From assembly GCA_964106645.2 (NCBI GenBank), contig OZ067041.1: a stretch of 64,000 nucleotides of DNA; one strand, 5' to 3'. Source of the DNA: Podarcis pityusensis (taxonomy: Eukaryota). This document shows positions 24,041-38,103 of this stretch, piece by piece; the stretch's first letter is position 1, and each line of letters begins with the position of its first letter. Both the position numbers and the translations under genes were made by a program. The notes beneath the pieces are model-generated. The model had not been told where the DNA came from. It saw only the letters and a program-made list of their open reading frames with translations, and made no database searches.

Positions 24041-27009
24041 GTAAAAATCTTTTTTAAAAAAGTTTGATGTAAATAAATCATATATAATTGAGCTGGTTTT
24101 CTAAACTTTGCCAACTGTGTCTGGTATTGGCATTTGTGTGAGATAGTGAGCCTTGTTGTTTTGGAAACACTTGCAGAAGTTCCCCACTGTTTTCATCTAA
24201 TTTATCCTCACAACTTTATAAAATACTGGTTAGTCAAAGATCTGATGAACCTGGGTGACTCATGTCCAAATCAATCATAATACACTGATAAACACATAAT
24301 ACACTGTCATAATACACTGATAAAAAAAGATTGATCTATGTTTTAGAAAGTATATTTTGAGTGCAGTAAATTAGACGTATTAAAGGATTTTTATTGTGAA
24401 AATGTAACAAAAGGGAAAATAAGATGTATCAGCCTGACCAGTTATGTTTAGAAGTATTCCCACCCATGTGAACATTTTATTCGGGCAGTGGGGGGTGATT
24501 TTCAAAACTTTCCCCATTTGGATTACAAGATTAGAAAACAAACCCCATGCCTGGGTTTGAATGACAGGGCAAGCCAGATCATGGCTTGTTTCCTGACAGC
24601 ATAGCAGGACCAGGACAAGCATATAACGCCTATGATTTCACTGGCATGCACCATCACACTGCTTGTTTGCCTTAAATCATACTTTATTTTAACTATGGTT
24701 TAATGTGAGATGCAGACCAGGTCACTGCCAGTGAAGAGACTTACAGGCTCATAGCAATCTGCTGTATATATAGATCAGACAACATTTTCCAGGGCTTCAG
24801 ACTAAGCATGTTTTGGTAAATAATAAGTATCATTTGTTCACAAATGCAGTTGTAATCAGAGTCCAGCTCCAGCACAGCAATTGGTCCTAACATAAATAAA
24901 ATGATTGCTGAAACAATAAATGTCATTAAGATCCTCTTAACATAAAAGCAGTTAATTCTGGGGCATTAATGGTAGCTTCAACACTTGAAATGAGAAGTGG
25001 TGGAGAATCTCTTCCTGGAGAAAAGTATAGTTTAACAGATACCCCATACTTCTCTGTTATCTGTCTTGCATTCAGTGTAATTACTCCTTCCCATTTCCCC
25101 ATACCAGTTAATCTAGACAAGTTTTAGGTTAACTCACATTTTCTCCTAAAGTTCAATAGGCTGAAGGAAGCAGAAGGTGCTTGGCAGTTGTTAGGGATCA
25201 AAAGGAAACTTTCAGCTAGGCTTCAGATTCAAAGGGAAAACCTTTGTACCTATGTTTTACAGCAGACAGGTTTTAGTCTTGTGGATTCTGGTGAGTGTGC
25301 TGCAGGGGCGAGGGGGAAACTGCACATTCTGTGAAGTAAGCGTGAAAAATGGCTTCACATTTTCAGGGTTGTTCTGACAGTTTAATATGATATGGAATAA
25401 CAAAGTAGCTTATTGTAGCACAGATGGAACAATATTAGATAACTGAACTGCTAATTATTCCATAATTCCATTAATTCCATAATTAATTTGTATAAATATA
25501 GGCATAATACCTTAGACTACTAGATTTACCACTTTATGAAGATACACTTTCAAAATCTGACCAAAAACAAACAAATGATGCACTATTGTTCGTGCAAAAT
25601 TTCATTATTCCAGAAAATACTATGTAAAATTATGTTTTGTCACTTTTGAAATTGTAGTGAGGGATTGGGGTTATTTCATTATATACTTTTGTTAAGAAAT
25701 GCCCACTTCTTGTTGTTCTGAAGAAAACCGATGTGATAGAAGACTACACAAAATAGCATTCCTAACTAATGCAAAATCTACATACATTGGTTACATTTAA
25801 TTTAACTGAAGTCTCGGTCCTATTTCAATGAATACAGCAGTAGCATACCGTAATTCATGACGTTATGTAAAACAGAGAGCCAAAGTTTCCAAAAACCTTC
25901 ATTTGGGTAAATGCCACAAAACACCCAGCCAGTATTTCTAATCAGTTTCTCATCTGTCTCTCCTGCTTATCTTACCAGCGTTTCCTCCACATCTGTGCTG
26001 CTGGGGTTCTCATTCCTACCTACTATTTTCGCAGCCCTTGCTACTGTCCTTTCTCCCTGCACAGCCATTGCAGCTACCTCTTTTTCCTTCCTGCCCAACA
26101 ATTACTGATCACGTGCAGATACCTTTTACCCATACCTATGGTGAAGCCTTACAGTTTGTGCTGTTGTTGCCTAACTCAGAGGCTCCCATGATGCTACTCT
26201 GCATTTGGCACAGGAAAAGAGAAGGGCCATACCTCTAGAGCACATGTACACTGAGCTTTCTGGTCATTTTCAAGTTTCACAGCTTGACTACTTTTTGTGT
26301 AAAACTAAAGTACATAGGAATGCTTTCATTTTCTTTAGTGTTAGAATCATGTGTGGCTGAAATCTTACTACAGTTAAATAGTGTTTAAAATCTGATAAAT
26401 GTTATTAAGGTTTTAAGAACAACAATAATGTAGCCACCTAATGAACTGCAGTCAACTTTATAAAAAAAAACTTTGTATTTCATCACCTTATTTCATAATA
26501 ATAAATATTTCATAATTTTCTGTTTCAATTTTAGCTCCTAAATTTCTTCCCAGACTGTTCATTTCAAGAGGCAAGTTGCTTATTGATAAATCACTTGAGA
26601 AAAATCAATAACTAGTAGTACTTTTTGGTGTCTAAAACTATGAATCAGCAGCATCTCAGTTTGCACAATTGTAGCGAATTGATTATTATTAACTTGTCTA
26701 TCTGATCCATTTATTTTCTATGTCATAAATGTTTAAAACATGATTTTCATTAATTTCCTGAATAACAAATCTACTAACTTGTAGTTTAGAAGTATGCTCC
26801 TAGCATTCTGTGGTCATTTACTGACAGATAGTGTAAAGATAATAAGAGTTGGTTTGAACGTGGGGCTGAATATTGAATAATCAGTAACTTCTATAACAAG
26901 TGTGATCTGTAAAGCACTGCTTTATTTCTGAACACCAGAGATCTGGACTCCAACCCTTGATGGAGATTCAGAAATAGTAAACAAGGCCATCCACTAAATT
27001 TACAGGGGT

Positions 27010-27200
27010 ATATGAAGCTGTCTTACACTGTATTAGACCACTGGCCTTTTTAGCTTACCCCCTGTCTATGCAAATGGGTTCTGCTTCTCCCAAGTCTCAG
27101 GCAGAGGCAGTTCTTCTGCCACCTGAAATCATTTTCATTGGAGGCAGTAGGGATTGAAACTGGGACCTTCTGCATGCAGAGCATAGGCTCTGCACAGGAG
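27010..27200 (-). mobile_element. Old tRNA(Ala)-like SINE
   Basis: The - strand head reads gtgcagagcctatgctctgcatgcagaaggtcccagtttcaatccct, with a TGC anticodon-like arm and a B-box-like motif. A degenerate relative lies at about 10590-10680. Confidence 0.6.
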
Positions 27201-29715
27201 TTCCTGGTATCTCTTAAAAAGTGGGAGTGTTACAAGTCCCACTCTGTTGAGCCAGGCCTACTACTTTTCCTCTTGGTTCCATCTATGGCTCCCAACCCTG
27301 CTCTCTCATGAAAGTATCTCCTATCAACTATGATATGTAAGCAAGCCTACATGTTCTGAGGCAGTATTCCTAGGAATACTGGATTCTGGAGACAAGCCAC
27401 AGGGGAATACTGTTGGCTTGTGCCTTCTTTGTAAGATTCCCGGGGGACATCTGACTTGCCACTGTTGGAAAGAGAGTGCTGGACAAAAGATTGAAACAAG
27501 CAGTTATCAAGACCACACACCGAATACAAATCCGCGGTGAGGTCTGAGCCCCAAACACCCCCTCCCCAAATTATTTCCCCTTCTAAAAATGACTCCACTT
27601 GACTGATTTGCTGCAATGCCATTGAATGCCATGCTCTGAATTGCTCCTCCTCATCCAACTTCTCATGTTTAAAAAAGGCCAGAGGGAAAAACAAATTCAG
27701 GCAACCTCACACAGCAGTATTGCACACATTATTTCTTCACCCTTGAAAGATTTTTTTTTTCCATTTTAGAATATGCTGCTGCAGATGTTATGGCTGCTAG
27801 CTTAGAAGGCTTTTGAAAATGATAAGATCAATTTGCGGAAGATTAGTTATGAACAACTATTGTCTGTGACAGCTAAATGGAAAGTTCGTGTTCAGGGGCA
27901 GTGTACCTCTGAATATCAGGTGCTAGAGGAAAATAGGGGAAAGCTGTCATCTTTGAGTTTCCAGGGAAATCTGGCTGGCCCAAGTGTCTCCAATAATTCA
28001 TGCCCCCAGTTAACGCTTCCCTCTGCTGCCCGTCCCCCAAAAGAAAACTTCCCATTTTTCCAAACCATAAGCTCTGTCTTCCCAAGTCTTTTCTGCCCGG
28101 TCTCCATTTTTTCTTGTTCTGTTCAGAATAAGTTGGCAGGAGGATCTCTTCCCATCAGTCTTCTCCTGTCCTAACAATTCTGTTTTCTCCTCCAGATGGG
28201 AGAATGAAGGTGTGAAATTTTAAAATGGTCAGCTGCTGTCCAATAAGCAAGTCTGCACCACTGCCCAGGTAGCAAACCTGCCCTTTTCACTCATCCCCCT
28301 TCCCAGTGCCACAGCACAAGCGCCCATGCAATACTTTGGACTAATTTATAGGAGCCAATTCATTTTGTACAGCTGTGTTGGCATACTAGTGCCAGCGGGT
28401 ACACCCACTCTGAGCTTTAAAAGCAAAACCCTAAGTTTAAAATTGTCAGTTGCACACATGTGCATAGATCTTTTAAGGATTCCCCCCTCTTTTCCAAAAT
28501 GGTAGGTGACAGTGTGCTATGCAGACTGAATAAGAAACTCTGCACCTCCACTAAGATGCACCTCCCAAGTGATTCTGGGTTCTGTAACATTCTTTTGTTT
28601 TTTTAAATCCATAAATTGACTGTGAACTCTTCTTCGGCTAGGGAAAAGTCTAATGGTTGATTTACTGGGAAATACCGTAATAAAGAAAGAAAAACATTTA
28701 GTAACTATTCAGGTGTATGATACTTGCTGTAGAAAGCTGCAACATTGTAATTATCCTGTGCAAATTGCTTTCTTGGTTCTCTGGTACCTTGGCATGTTGG
28801 CCCTTTTCCAAGCTTGTTTGTAGCACTCATTAAGATGTGGCACAAACACCTCCCATCCTGCAGTGGCATTGCGTCCCTGCCTTTGTCTATTCCACCCCAG
28901 GCTCATCACAGGTGTCTGCCACCTACTAGCTCCCTTGCCCCTTGTGTGCACATAGGTATTGCCACCACAAAAGGTAAGTGTCTCATTAGTCATTCACTTA
29001 GCTTCTCCTATCCTCCTCTTTGGGTGCTGGGTGGCATTTTTTCAGAGGGCTCATCTTTCCCACTCTGTTGCCTGCTATCCAGGTGGCTGACAGTTTTGAG
29101 AGGTGGCAAGTAAAGCACAGCTCTGTGTCTTCTGCATCCGTGTCTAGCTCTTACCTCTAGCCTCAACAGAGGAAACTATAGCTCACTGCTGTGCAGCCAA
29201 AGAGAAAGTGGGGCAGTAGTGTTGTGTGCCAGGTTATATCTGAGCTTTCTGTCTCGTTTCTTAGCAGAGAGAGAGGAGTGAGGGATGGATGTTATCCATC
29301 TCTATCTGATTCCAGCTCCCTCCTGTCTTTCTGGCTTCCAGCTTGAAGGCAGGACAGAACTGCAGGAACAGCTGGCTTAGCACACTGCTGTGGGGACTGT
29401 CCATCCTGAAGGCAGATGGAGGAATTGGGGGAGGCAAGCAGAGCAAGAAATAGGTGGTTCCTCCTTGGATAATTACTTAAATGGCTACGCATATTTACAT
29501 GATTGAAATATTTGTTTGGTTTTTTTTGTTTGAAGATTTGTGAATTTTTAAATTTCCCTCTGGACAAGCTTCAGCAATTTTTAGCAACACAGATTTAGAT
29601 GTAGCGATGTGGCCCATGTGCCCACTAGGGCTTTCCTGGCACTTTCCTGCTTCAGCCCTTGCACTTCTTAAAAGTCGATCCTGAAGACTGGAGAGCCCTC
29701 TAGTTCAGTGTAGGG

Positions 29716-29985
29716 CAGGGAACAACAAGGTTTATCTTGCCTAGGCTGGATCGGTCCCATGGAGATCCCTCCGTGGGCTGGATCGTGCGCATGTGTGAGC
29801 ACCCACGATTTTCAGTGCATGCGCATGCACAGATGATATTTTCGGCACCGCGGAAGCAAGTCCCCACTCCACACTGCACTGGTTTAGTGCAGCGCACGAG
29901 CAGGCAGCTTGGTTCGGGATGTGGGCTGGTCAAATGACCTCCGCGGGCCACTTCCGGCCTATGGGCCTTAGTTTGCTGACCCCTG
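29716..29985. mobile_element. hAT (Charlie-like) non-autonomous element
   Basis: Termini CAGGGAACAACAA ... TTTGCTGACCCCTG. 8-bp TSD GTGTAGGG (29708-29715) / GTATAGGG (29986-29993). Confidence 0.8.
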
Positions 29986-30742
29986 GTATAGGGCTATTTG
30001 AAAATGTGCTGTTTGAAACAACTCAGAAAACATCAACTAAGCTATCATTCCAGCCTCTCCTTCCCCCTACCAACACAACTCCATTCGTTGAAAATGAGCC
30101 CAAATGAAAAACATCTGGAAGTTCGCCATTTTCCCCAAACCGAGGGCAGTATTCAACTAAACAGTTTCACTAGCTCATTGACATTTAGTTCCCTGTTCTG
30201 AGGGATCACTCACCTCCAGAGCAGATTTAGGGTGTGCACGGGGAGAAGAGAGGGTGAGGAAGTTCGGTCGGGCCACTAAAAGTCTTTGTGCTGGCAGAAC
30301 TGTTCAGTTGCGGCAACCACTGAAAATACTTTTATACGTGACTTTGTGTTGACTGGGTGGAAGCATAGCATAGGATGCAAGAGTGAAGTCTTGGCTGCTT
30401 ATGGACAGTGACTGAATCAGGTGGAGGCTAGTGCAGAATCACTTCAATTTGTCTCGTTATTTGGGGTACACACAGAGCCAATGGACATCCCTACAACTTG
30501 TACATCCATGAGCCCTTCTTATGTGAGATGATGCATCTATTTCGTACTCTGATACTAACATCCACATTAAAATATATTGAAATGTTCCTTAGAGGCAAAA
30601 ATGGCAGAAATTAAATAATAAAGGCAAACTTACCAAGAGGTTCTGTGAAAATATAGTATAAAGAATAGAAAGACAGGTGCTTTTGTCCAGCAGTTTGATT
30701 TTTTCCGCATGTTCTATTTCAGGATGTTTTATAATGAGAGAA

Positions 30743-30743
<1 letters not shown>

Positions 30744-30775
<32 letters not shown>
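30744..30775. repeat. (AC)n microsatellite
   Basis: Read directly from the sequence. Confidence 0.95.
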
Positions 30776-30777
<2 letters not shown>

Positions 30778-33700
30778 TACTATGTTTTCATCATGTTTAT
30801 TCAGTCACTATTTTATGTGACTAAGACTGAACTAACAATAGTTCATGGCCATGTATGAATTGGTATATTCGTTTTAAAATTTAGAAGTGTTCATGATTTA
30901 GAAGATGGTGGCTAACTAATTCACCACCATCACTTTAATGGTAAAAGCTAAAATTTCTGTCCCTTTCAGATATGATATTCTGATTGGAGGTAAGGGGTCT
31001 TTACTTAAGAGTACAATCCTATGCATGTCTACACAGAAGTAAGTCTCACAGAGTTCACTGGGGTTTATCCCCACAAGATCGCAGCCTTAGTACCATACAG
31101 CAGATGTGAAATGACCTTTCCAATGCACCACTTCATTTAGGGCTGCTTCAAGTGACAGTAGTACCTTTATCATCTGCAACCCCGTAGGCAGCCATGAGTG
31201 TAAGTTCTAAAGCGGAATACAGAAATTTGATTGGCAGGCAAGCTGCATTTTTTCTGGCCCAGCCTTAGCTCATCTATCATCACTTACCAAAAACGTTATA
31301 AGGATATTTTCCACTCATGTTCCTGTAAAACGTTGAGAGGACAAAAGAACAAATCTAGAATCTTACAGGAAACTCTCTATCCAAAATGGTCACAGTTTCT
31401 GTGCCAGATGCAGATGATTAAAAGTAGTTCTTGGCCATTGCTGATACATGATCACCTGGCATCAGATGAGAGGGGCTTTTAACTTTGTCCACAACCATGT
31501 TAAATCCATGTGAACTGTTAGTTTTTAGCACAGTTCAAAAGCATTGTTTCAACTTTATCTGCCCTAGAAAGGAAGAACCAACATTTTTCACAGTGTCATG
31601 GGGCAAAACTATAGTGTATGTTGGCTCTGCAGTACGATTTAAGTTGTTTTAATGAGCAAATAACTATATGAGCCTGCTGCAGGGGAGAAAAATACCCAGA
31701 GTTTACTAAAATAAGCACATCTCAGTAGATGCCTTCAAGTATATATAGCAAAGGTATGTCCCAATGTCTGCAGCAATATAAATATATTGAGAGGAAATGC
31801 TTTCTCTGTAAACATACGCAATATGTGTAAGTGTGAAGAAATAACAGGCTCCTGAATTTATATGCAAGTTACCCTTGAAATCTAGACTATGCATACACCA
31901 TGTGGTAGATTTTCCTCTTTAATGCTGAATAGTCTTTTTTTGCACTTTTGCACAGTTAATTTTATTGTGTACATCACTGATAAATTCATTTTTGAAGCTG
32001 TTTATTCGCCAGTTTGTCAGGAACAGAGTTGCTGGAAATCTTTAGTTTTTGCTTTTGATACAGATGGGTGGAAATAAGTTCTTGAAAACTTAAATTTCAC
32101 CAGTTATGCAGCCAAAAGTCAAATTCCACTTGATCTTAATATTAAAGAACAAAAATAGTGAAATTGTGGTGTGTTACATATTCTTAGAATTTCTGCATGA
32201 GCTTAGAGTTCATTGTTTTCTATAACCGTTACTTTACAGACTACATGTTAGTGAATATTACTTATTTTATTTGTTGACTATTTTTCTTTAAAAATACTGT
32301 TCACACAGCAAGGGAATTCTCCAGCATCTAACTAGTTTATGTTTTGCATTTTTACTTTGTTTTGTAAACTATCCATAGCTTTACAAACTATACTGAGGAA
32401 CAATTAATTTCATTTGATACAAATAAAACATATTTCCAAGAAATTCTCCCAAGTAAGTACATAATAGTAGCAAAAATAAAAATAAAGTGCAGGATCCAGA
32501 CCATGGACATAGCGTCTTCACAGAGTATTCTCAAAGGCTCAGTAGAGCCCTATCTCTCCATTCTCACTCTCCCTCACATACTGGGACAATGCAAATATGG
32601 AATTAATGGTCTGTGCACACCTCCCTTATCCCATCCAACCATTCCTTTTGCCCTGATACATGTTTCTCATGCTGAGTAACATTGACAGAAAACAAAGTGT
32701 CAGATGGGGATATTGGCGGCAGACATGCTCCTTTGATTCCCCTTACTATCCCATTTGTGCATTTGTGTTCACACCTGTATTTCTGTAGACGAGGGGAGAA
32801 ATACGGTTCTGAGCCTATGGCAGTCTTCTCTATGTGAACACTACATGTGCAGTGGACAGATTGTTCCCTGTGTGTCTACATCTTGTAGAAGAATATGCTG
32901 TTAGGCTTTTATACAAGTTCATTGACACTGTCTTTACATTCTCCCACCCTTCTAATTCTTGCCACTTTACAATATAGTAAGCCTAGAATCTTGCTGGTTG
33001 TATATATAGATTTTCAAAATGACTTACAGTGTAATCCTAAACCATGCCCTGCACAGGAGTGAAATCTTATTCAGTGGGGCTTACTCCCAGTTAAGTGTGG
33101 GTACAACTGGAGCCCTAAAAAGTTTGTTCTAAACTAAATAGCACCTTGATCTTAAAGTTACTTATTTAGAAGCAAATCCTGTTGCTTCTAGTTAACAGTG
33201 CTTGATGTGGTTTGGCAGTCCACCAGTAGGTATCCCATGTGAAAATGGACCATAAGTTCTATACCTTGTCATTTTGGGGGAAACGTCTTCACATCTGGGT
33301 TGTTTCTGAAAATTATTTTGTTCTTCAGCTGTCTTCTTTTTAGTCTTGAACAATTTTTAAATGCCAATTTTAATATAGTAATCTGGGGAAATTGACTATT
33401 TCAGGTTGACTTTTTTTTTTAGAGACAAAAGTCGATCTTACATCCCAAGTTCATTAATACTTTGGAAATTTATTGTTCTTCTGAAACATGTCTTTTCAGG
33501 GTCAGCTTATTTTTGTTTTTTGCTTTAGTTAAAAGAAGCATTTGATTCTAAAGTGCCTAAATTATTTTAACTTTATAAAAAATCCTTATTACCTATTTAT
33601 TAAATGATTTGATACTGCCCTGGAACATAGCAGCTTGTTAAAACTTTCTTTTTTAAACAAACCCTGCAAAACCATACTGGTGGATAAATATGTGTAAAGC

Positions 33701-34289
33701 CATCTGCAGAATTTAATTGCAATAGCACCAAGAGGTCCGGTACTATTTAGTTGCTTTATTAGCTATTTTATGCTTTAAATGCCTTCACTGAAATTAGAAA
33801 CACTGTTCTGGCAGGTACATAAAATTGGGGCTAATGATTAACAGGAAAAGGGAGTGATCCAATAAGCGCTACTTCTGTGCAACCCGCGTTTCCATTTATT
33901 CGCAGCAGGGCTTGAGCAGTAGCACTTCCAATGCACATCCTGTTGAGCACTGTAGAGAGAGTGCTCCCGTCTTTAGCAGAACTAATCCTGTCTTTGTTTT
34001 CCCGGAAGTAATTCCCAATGAGTTCGGTGGGTCTTGTGCCCCGAACTGCTGCCTTAGGCTATAATCCATACCTGGCAATGCACACCAGGAATTCAGTGGG
34101 GCTCAGGTCGAACAACTCCCTCGTGGCTTCTGCTCTTTAAGCTGTGTGAGCTTGTACAATTTAGTTTGCATCGACCGAGAAGTCTTCCAACAAGCCAAAC
34201 GAAATTCAGAAGGTGTTGCCTCCTGAATCTATACCCGACTCTTTCTTCCCTGTTACTCTTGTGTGTGTTTTGTCTAAAAGATGTCTAAA

Positions 34290-35720
34290 GGTCAATCTCG
34301 CCGTTTCTTTCTGGAGACGCGGCGCGCGTGTTCCCCAGGCGTCACTCGCCCCGGGGCCCTTTGGCTGCGCGCTGCGGGCTCTGTGCGCCCTGGCGCCTCT
34401 CCGCTCTCAGCCTGCCGCTTCTTCGGCTGGGCTGCTGGGGACGCCCAAGCGGGGATCCTCCGTCCAAGCCCCGGCGCGGCGGCTCGCCTCGGCCTGCCGC
34501 CCTTTGTTCTTTCGTCCGCCGAGGGACAACAAAGCGTACGGGCCTCCCTGGACCAGTCACGGCCGCCGGGGCCGGGCGGGCGCAGGTGGGAGCATCTGCA
34601 GCTCCGCGGCGCGATTTAGCACGGTCCCGGTGGATGTGGAAAGCGGCTCCTGGCTCCGCAGGGGCAGCGCTCAAGCTGTGCCGATAAGTGGGTGGGGGTG
34701 GCGGGGTCTCACTTCTTTCCCCTGCTGTTTTGGACTTGGGAGTGTGGCGCTTCCCCCCTCCCCAAAGGGGTGGAATTGCTTGGATCGGCAGCGCCTGGCG
34801 CGCTCTCCATCCAGTCCATGCCGGTGCGCCGCGTTATTGTTTTGGGGAGCCGTTTGGGAAGCGGAGCCAATGCCGCGCTGCTATCTCGGGGCCATATGGA
34901 GAAGCTGCACTATTTTGATTACGCCTGGTGTAAACATTTTAATGTCGGATCCTTAAAATCCAGAGCCTCTCCCAAAGGGGATTAGAACATAATCCTCTCG
35001 CTCTATAGCTGGAGTGGATTAATTTCGTATTCTCTCAGTGGCGGGTTTGCTCCCTGAAGGCTCGAACAAAAAGACTCCGCGCTCCTTAAATGTGCCGTGG
35101 TATTGGGACTTGTAATTGGAGATTTCCAAAGGACAAGTGTAAAAACGACACACTATTAAGAAGGAGCGTTTCATTCGGTGCCTTTTCAGCGGGCGGGCGG
35201 GAGGGAGGGGGGCGCTTCAGAGGCTCCGAGTGAAATATGTGAAATGTTACACTCAGGTTATGATGTGGGGGAGGGGCGCCAAGTGCCTTTGGATCCCTGT
35301 CCTTTTGCTAACCTCACCCAGAAGGCCCAATCCATCCCGCTGTAATGCCAAGGGGCAACTGGGAAGGGGGCATCTGCCACCTCCTTACTTGCCCTGTCCC
35401 TCCTCGTGTCCGGCGGAGATCGTCCTCCCCTGCGCGCAGGTAGAGGCTGCTTGACCTTTGAGCAGTCGCCCCTGCCTTTGCCTGGCAGCTTGTGCGCTGG
35501 ACGCGTTCCCGGATCCTGTGATCTCCTCCTGCAGGCCCTGGGCGAGAAGCCCCTTTTCGAAGCGGCTGAGGAGCATCCACCGTTCCAACGCCAATCCTAC
35601 AAGCTGGACCCTGGCAACACGCCCTCTGCCTTATTACAGTCTGCCTAAGTTGGGAGAGAGTGCGCTACGCCACGGGTGGGGCATATTTGCGAAGCAGTAG
35701 CGGAAACTCCTAGCCAAGCC
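34290..35720. promoter_or_regulatory. Orphan intronic CpG island
   Basis: Abrupt rise in GC content and CpG density relative to the AT-rich intron. No NBEA exon or recognisable transposon inside. Boundaries approximate. Confidence 0.75.
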
Positions 35721-36669
35721 TAAGCCTGACCTCTCCTCTTCCTGTGTGCTAAAGCCAGCAGGGTACCTCAAGTGGTGGCAGCGAGGCGGAATTCGACCAG
35801 GGAGTGCTTTTTAAAATACACTCCAATGAAGCAGTCCAATTACGTAAAGTTTATTCAAGACAGTTATAAAAGCAAATTAAGAGGGAGGTCATCAGTTGGT
35901 GTGATAAAGACAACAAAACAGTTTCTGGCTAATCAGTCTAGTGCAGTCTAGTTTAGCCATGTCATTTGCATCCTCTCTCCTTGCTCACCCTGAGAAAAGT
36001 GAAGTCTATTGGATATCTATTGACTATGCCATTAACCCTTTCGTTTCAGGAGAGGGGGTTGAGTTCTCCTACAGGTTTATCCACTGAGACCAGTGCACCT
36101 CTGCACATAGGGCAAAGGTTGCAATTTTCAGTTTTAACCCCAGAGATGAGACTCACACAATCAGGTATTGTTTGAGGGGACTGGGAATCAGCACTGGGAA
36201 TATCCTAGAAAGGTGAAAATTAAGAAGGATGCAGACTGTGGATTTAAGAAATCTTGGAAGGGCATAATCTGAGAAATCTCTTGATATGCCTTATAGTTAT
36301 TCCAGTCAAATAGATATGGGGTTCTTAAAAGTGTGCAGGTCTGTAGAAAGCATAGGTTATAAATCGAGGGTAGCCAACCTGGTACCCTTCAGGTGTTGCT
36401 GTACTTCAACTCCCATCAGCCCCAGCCACAAGTCCAGTGGCCAGGAATCATGGGAGCTGTAGTCTAACCATATCTTGAGCTTACCTCTAAGTGATAAGCA
36501 AATATTCATTTGCTCTTACTGCTGAGTATATTGTTCATCGTACTTTTTTCAAGCACTGAATTAAAAGCCTGATTTTTTTTATTGTTTAATTGTATTGTTT
36601 TGTGGGCTCACTATTAGATGCCACTATCAGGACTAGTCCAGAGGTGTCTAGAGCACCACATGTTCCAGT

Positions 36670-37760
36670 TTACTTGGATGAGTTTAAATTGTTGCAGCCT
36701 GATGTTGACAGACTGCTTGGAAGAGGGTCTGGCTGGTCACTTGTCCTTTCAACTCTTGCCCATTGTGATGTACGAGAGTGAACCTGAGGGGTTTTAACAG
36801 CATAGGTCCAGGGAGTGGTGAATGCCATATTGCAGAAGGATGGGGTACCATTGGCTTTTAAAGATATAGTGTTGTGCCCTCTCCTTCAGAGGACCTTTCT
36901 GCACTTAGAACTGTTGAATAGCTATTGCCCAGTTGCTAACAATCCCTTTTAGGCACGATGCTCAAGATTTTTGTGTCAGTTCAATTTACAGGTGTGCTTG
37001 GAAGAAGTGGATTACAGTCTGGGTTCAGGCCCAGTTATGGCACCAAAGCTGCCATGGTCGTCCTAGTGCTACCTTGTAGGCATTTGATACTGCACACCAT
37101 AGCTTGGAGCAGTTTCATGGGTTGGAAATGGAGCCCCCTCTGCACCAGACTGCTGTTGTTTCACTCCTACCTTCATGCTTCCAGAGACTTATCAATGTTG
37201 AACTATAACTTGACATCATAGAAGTTTGGTGACCCGCAGGGATCACTCTTGGCTCTCATGTTATTCAACATATGCGAAGCTGTTGGAGGATGTCATCAGG
37301 GGAGTTGGAGTGAGGTATCAGCTGATGACCTTGAACTCTATGTCGCTTTACCACCTGAATCAGAAAATACAGTTCAGGTGCTTGATGTGGACCAATAAAT
37401 TGAAATTTGATTCCAGACAAAATGGAGATGTTGTGTGTTGCAGGCTCTCACCCGTGGGAAGTGAGTAAACAACCTGTTCAGTTTGGAGTGGCACTGCCCT
37501 AATTGAAGCTTAAAAATGCTCCTAGACCAAACGCTGCCACTGGAAGCTGGCTTTAGTAACTAGGAATACTTATTTTTGGACAGAGATGGTCTGGCTCTAG
37601 TGCTGCATGCTATGGTAACCTCAGGGCTGGACTACAGTACTGCATTATACATGAAGCCTGCATTATACATGAACCCTTGAAGACTGCTCCAAAGCTACAG
37701 CAGTTGCAAAATGCAGCGGCCAGGGGGCTGGTAAGAATTCCTAGCTAGGCACAAATTACA
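36670..37760 (+). mobile_element. Heavily decayed L2 LINE reverse-transcriptase fragment
   Basis: Frameshifted remnants of QSGFRP.YGT, PQGS.L...LFNI, ADD, LHAMVTSGLDY and PLKT..KLQ..QNAAAR. Confidence 0.8.
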
Positions 37761-38103
37761 GGAGTTCAGAGCATGGTTTCCCTAGTCGTTTTGTGTATTG
37801 TGGAATGAATCCCATCTGTAAACTGGGATAGTATGACTAACTGAGAAGTTGGTGTTCCATGTCATTTTTCCAGAATATAATTTACAACCCTGAAGAGGTA
37901 TTGGAACTTGTTTTCTGAGCAGGTTTTGTGGCTTAATGCATGAAACCCATCTAGCTATGTGTGACTGGTGGATATGGATGATTAGGCGAGCTCAGAAGTT
38001 AACATTCCAGAGCATTTACTCTGTTTATGACCCAGAGCAGGTAGTTCTGTGGAATATTTTTGTGGTTTATATTATATATGTGACTTGTGAATGTGATAGA
38101 TCT

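Noticed and set aside
34213-34956. 247-aa ORF and overlapping ORFs in the CpG island
   Set aside because: GC-driven lack of stops, non-ATG start, no recognisable homology or splice context.
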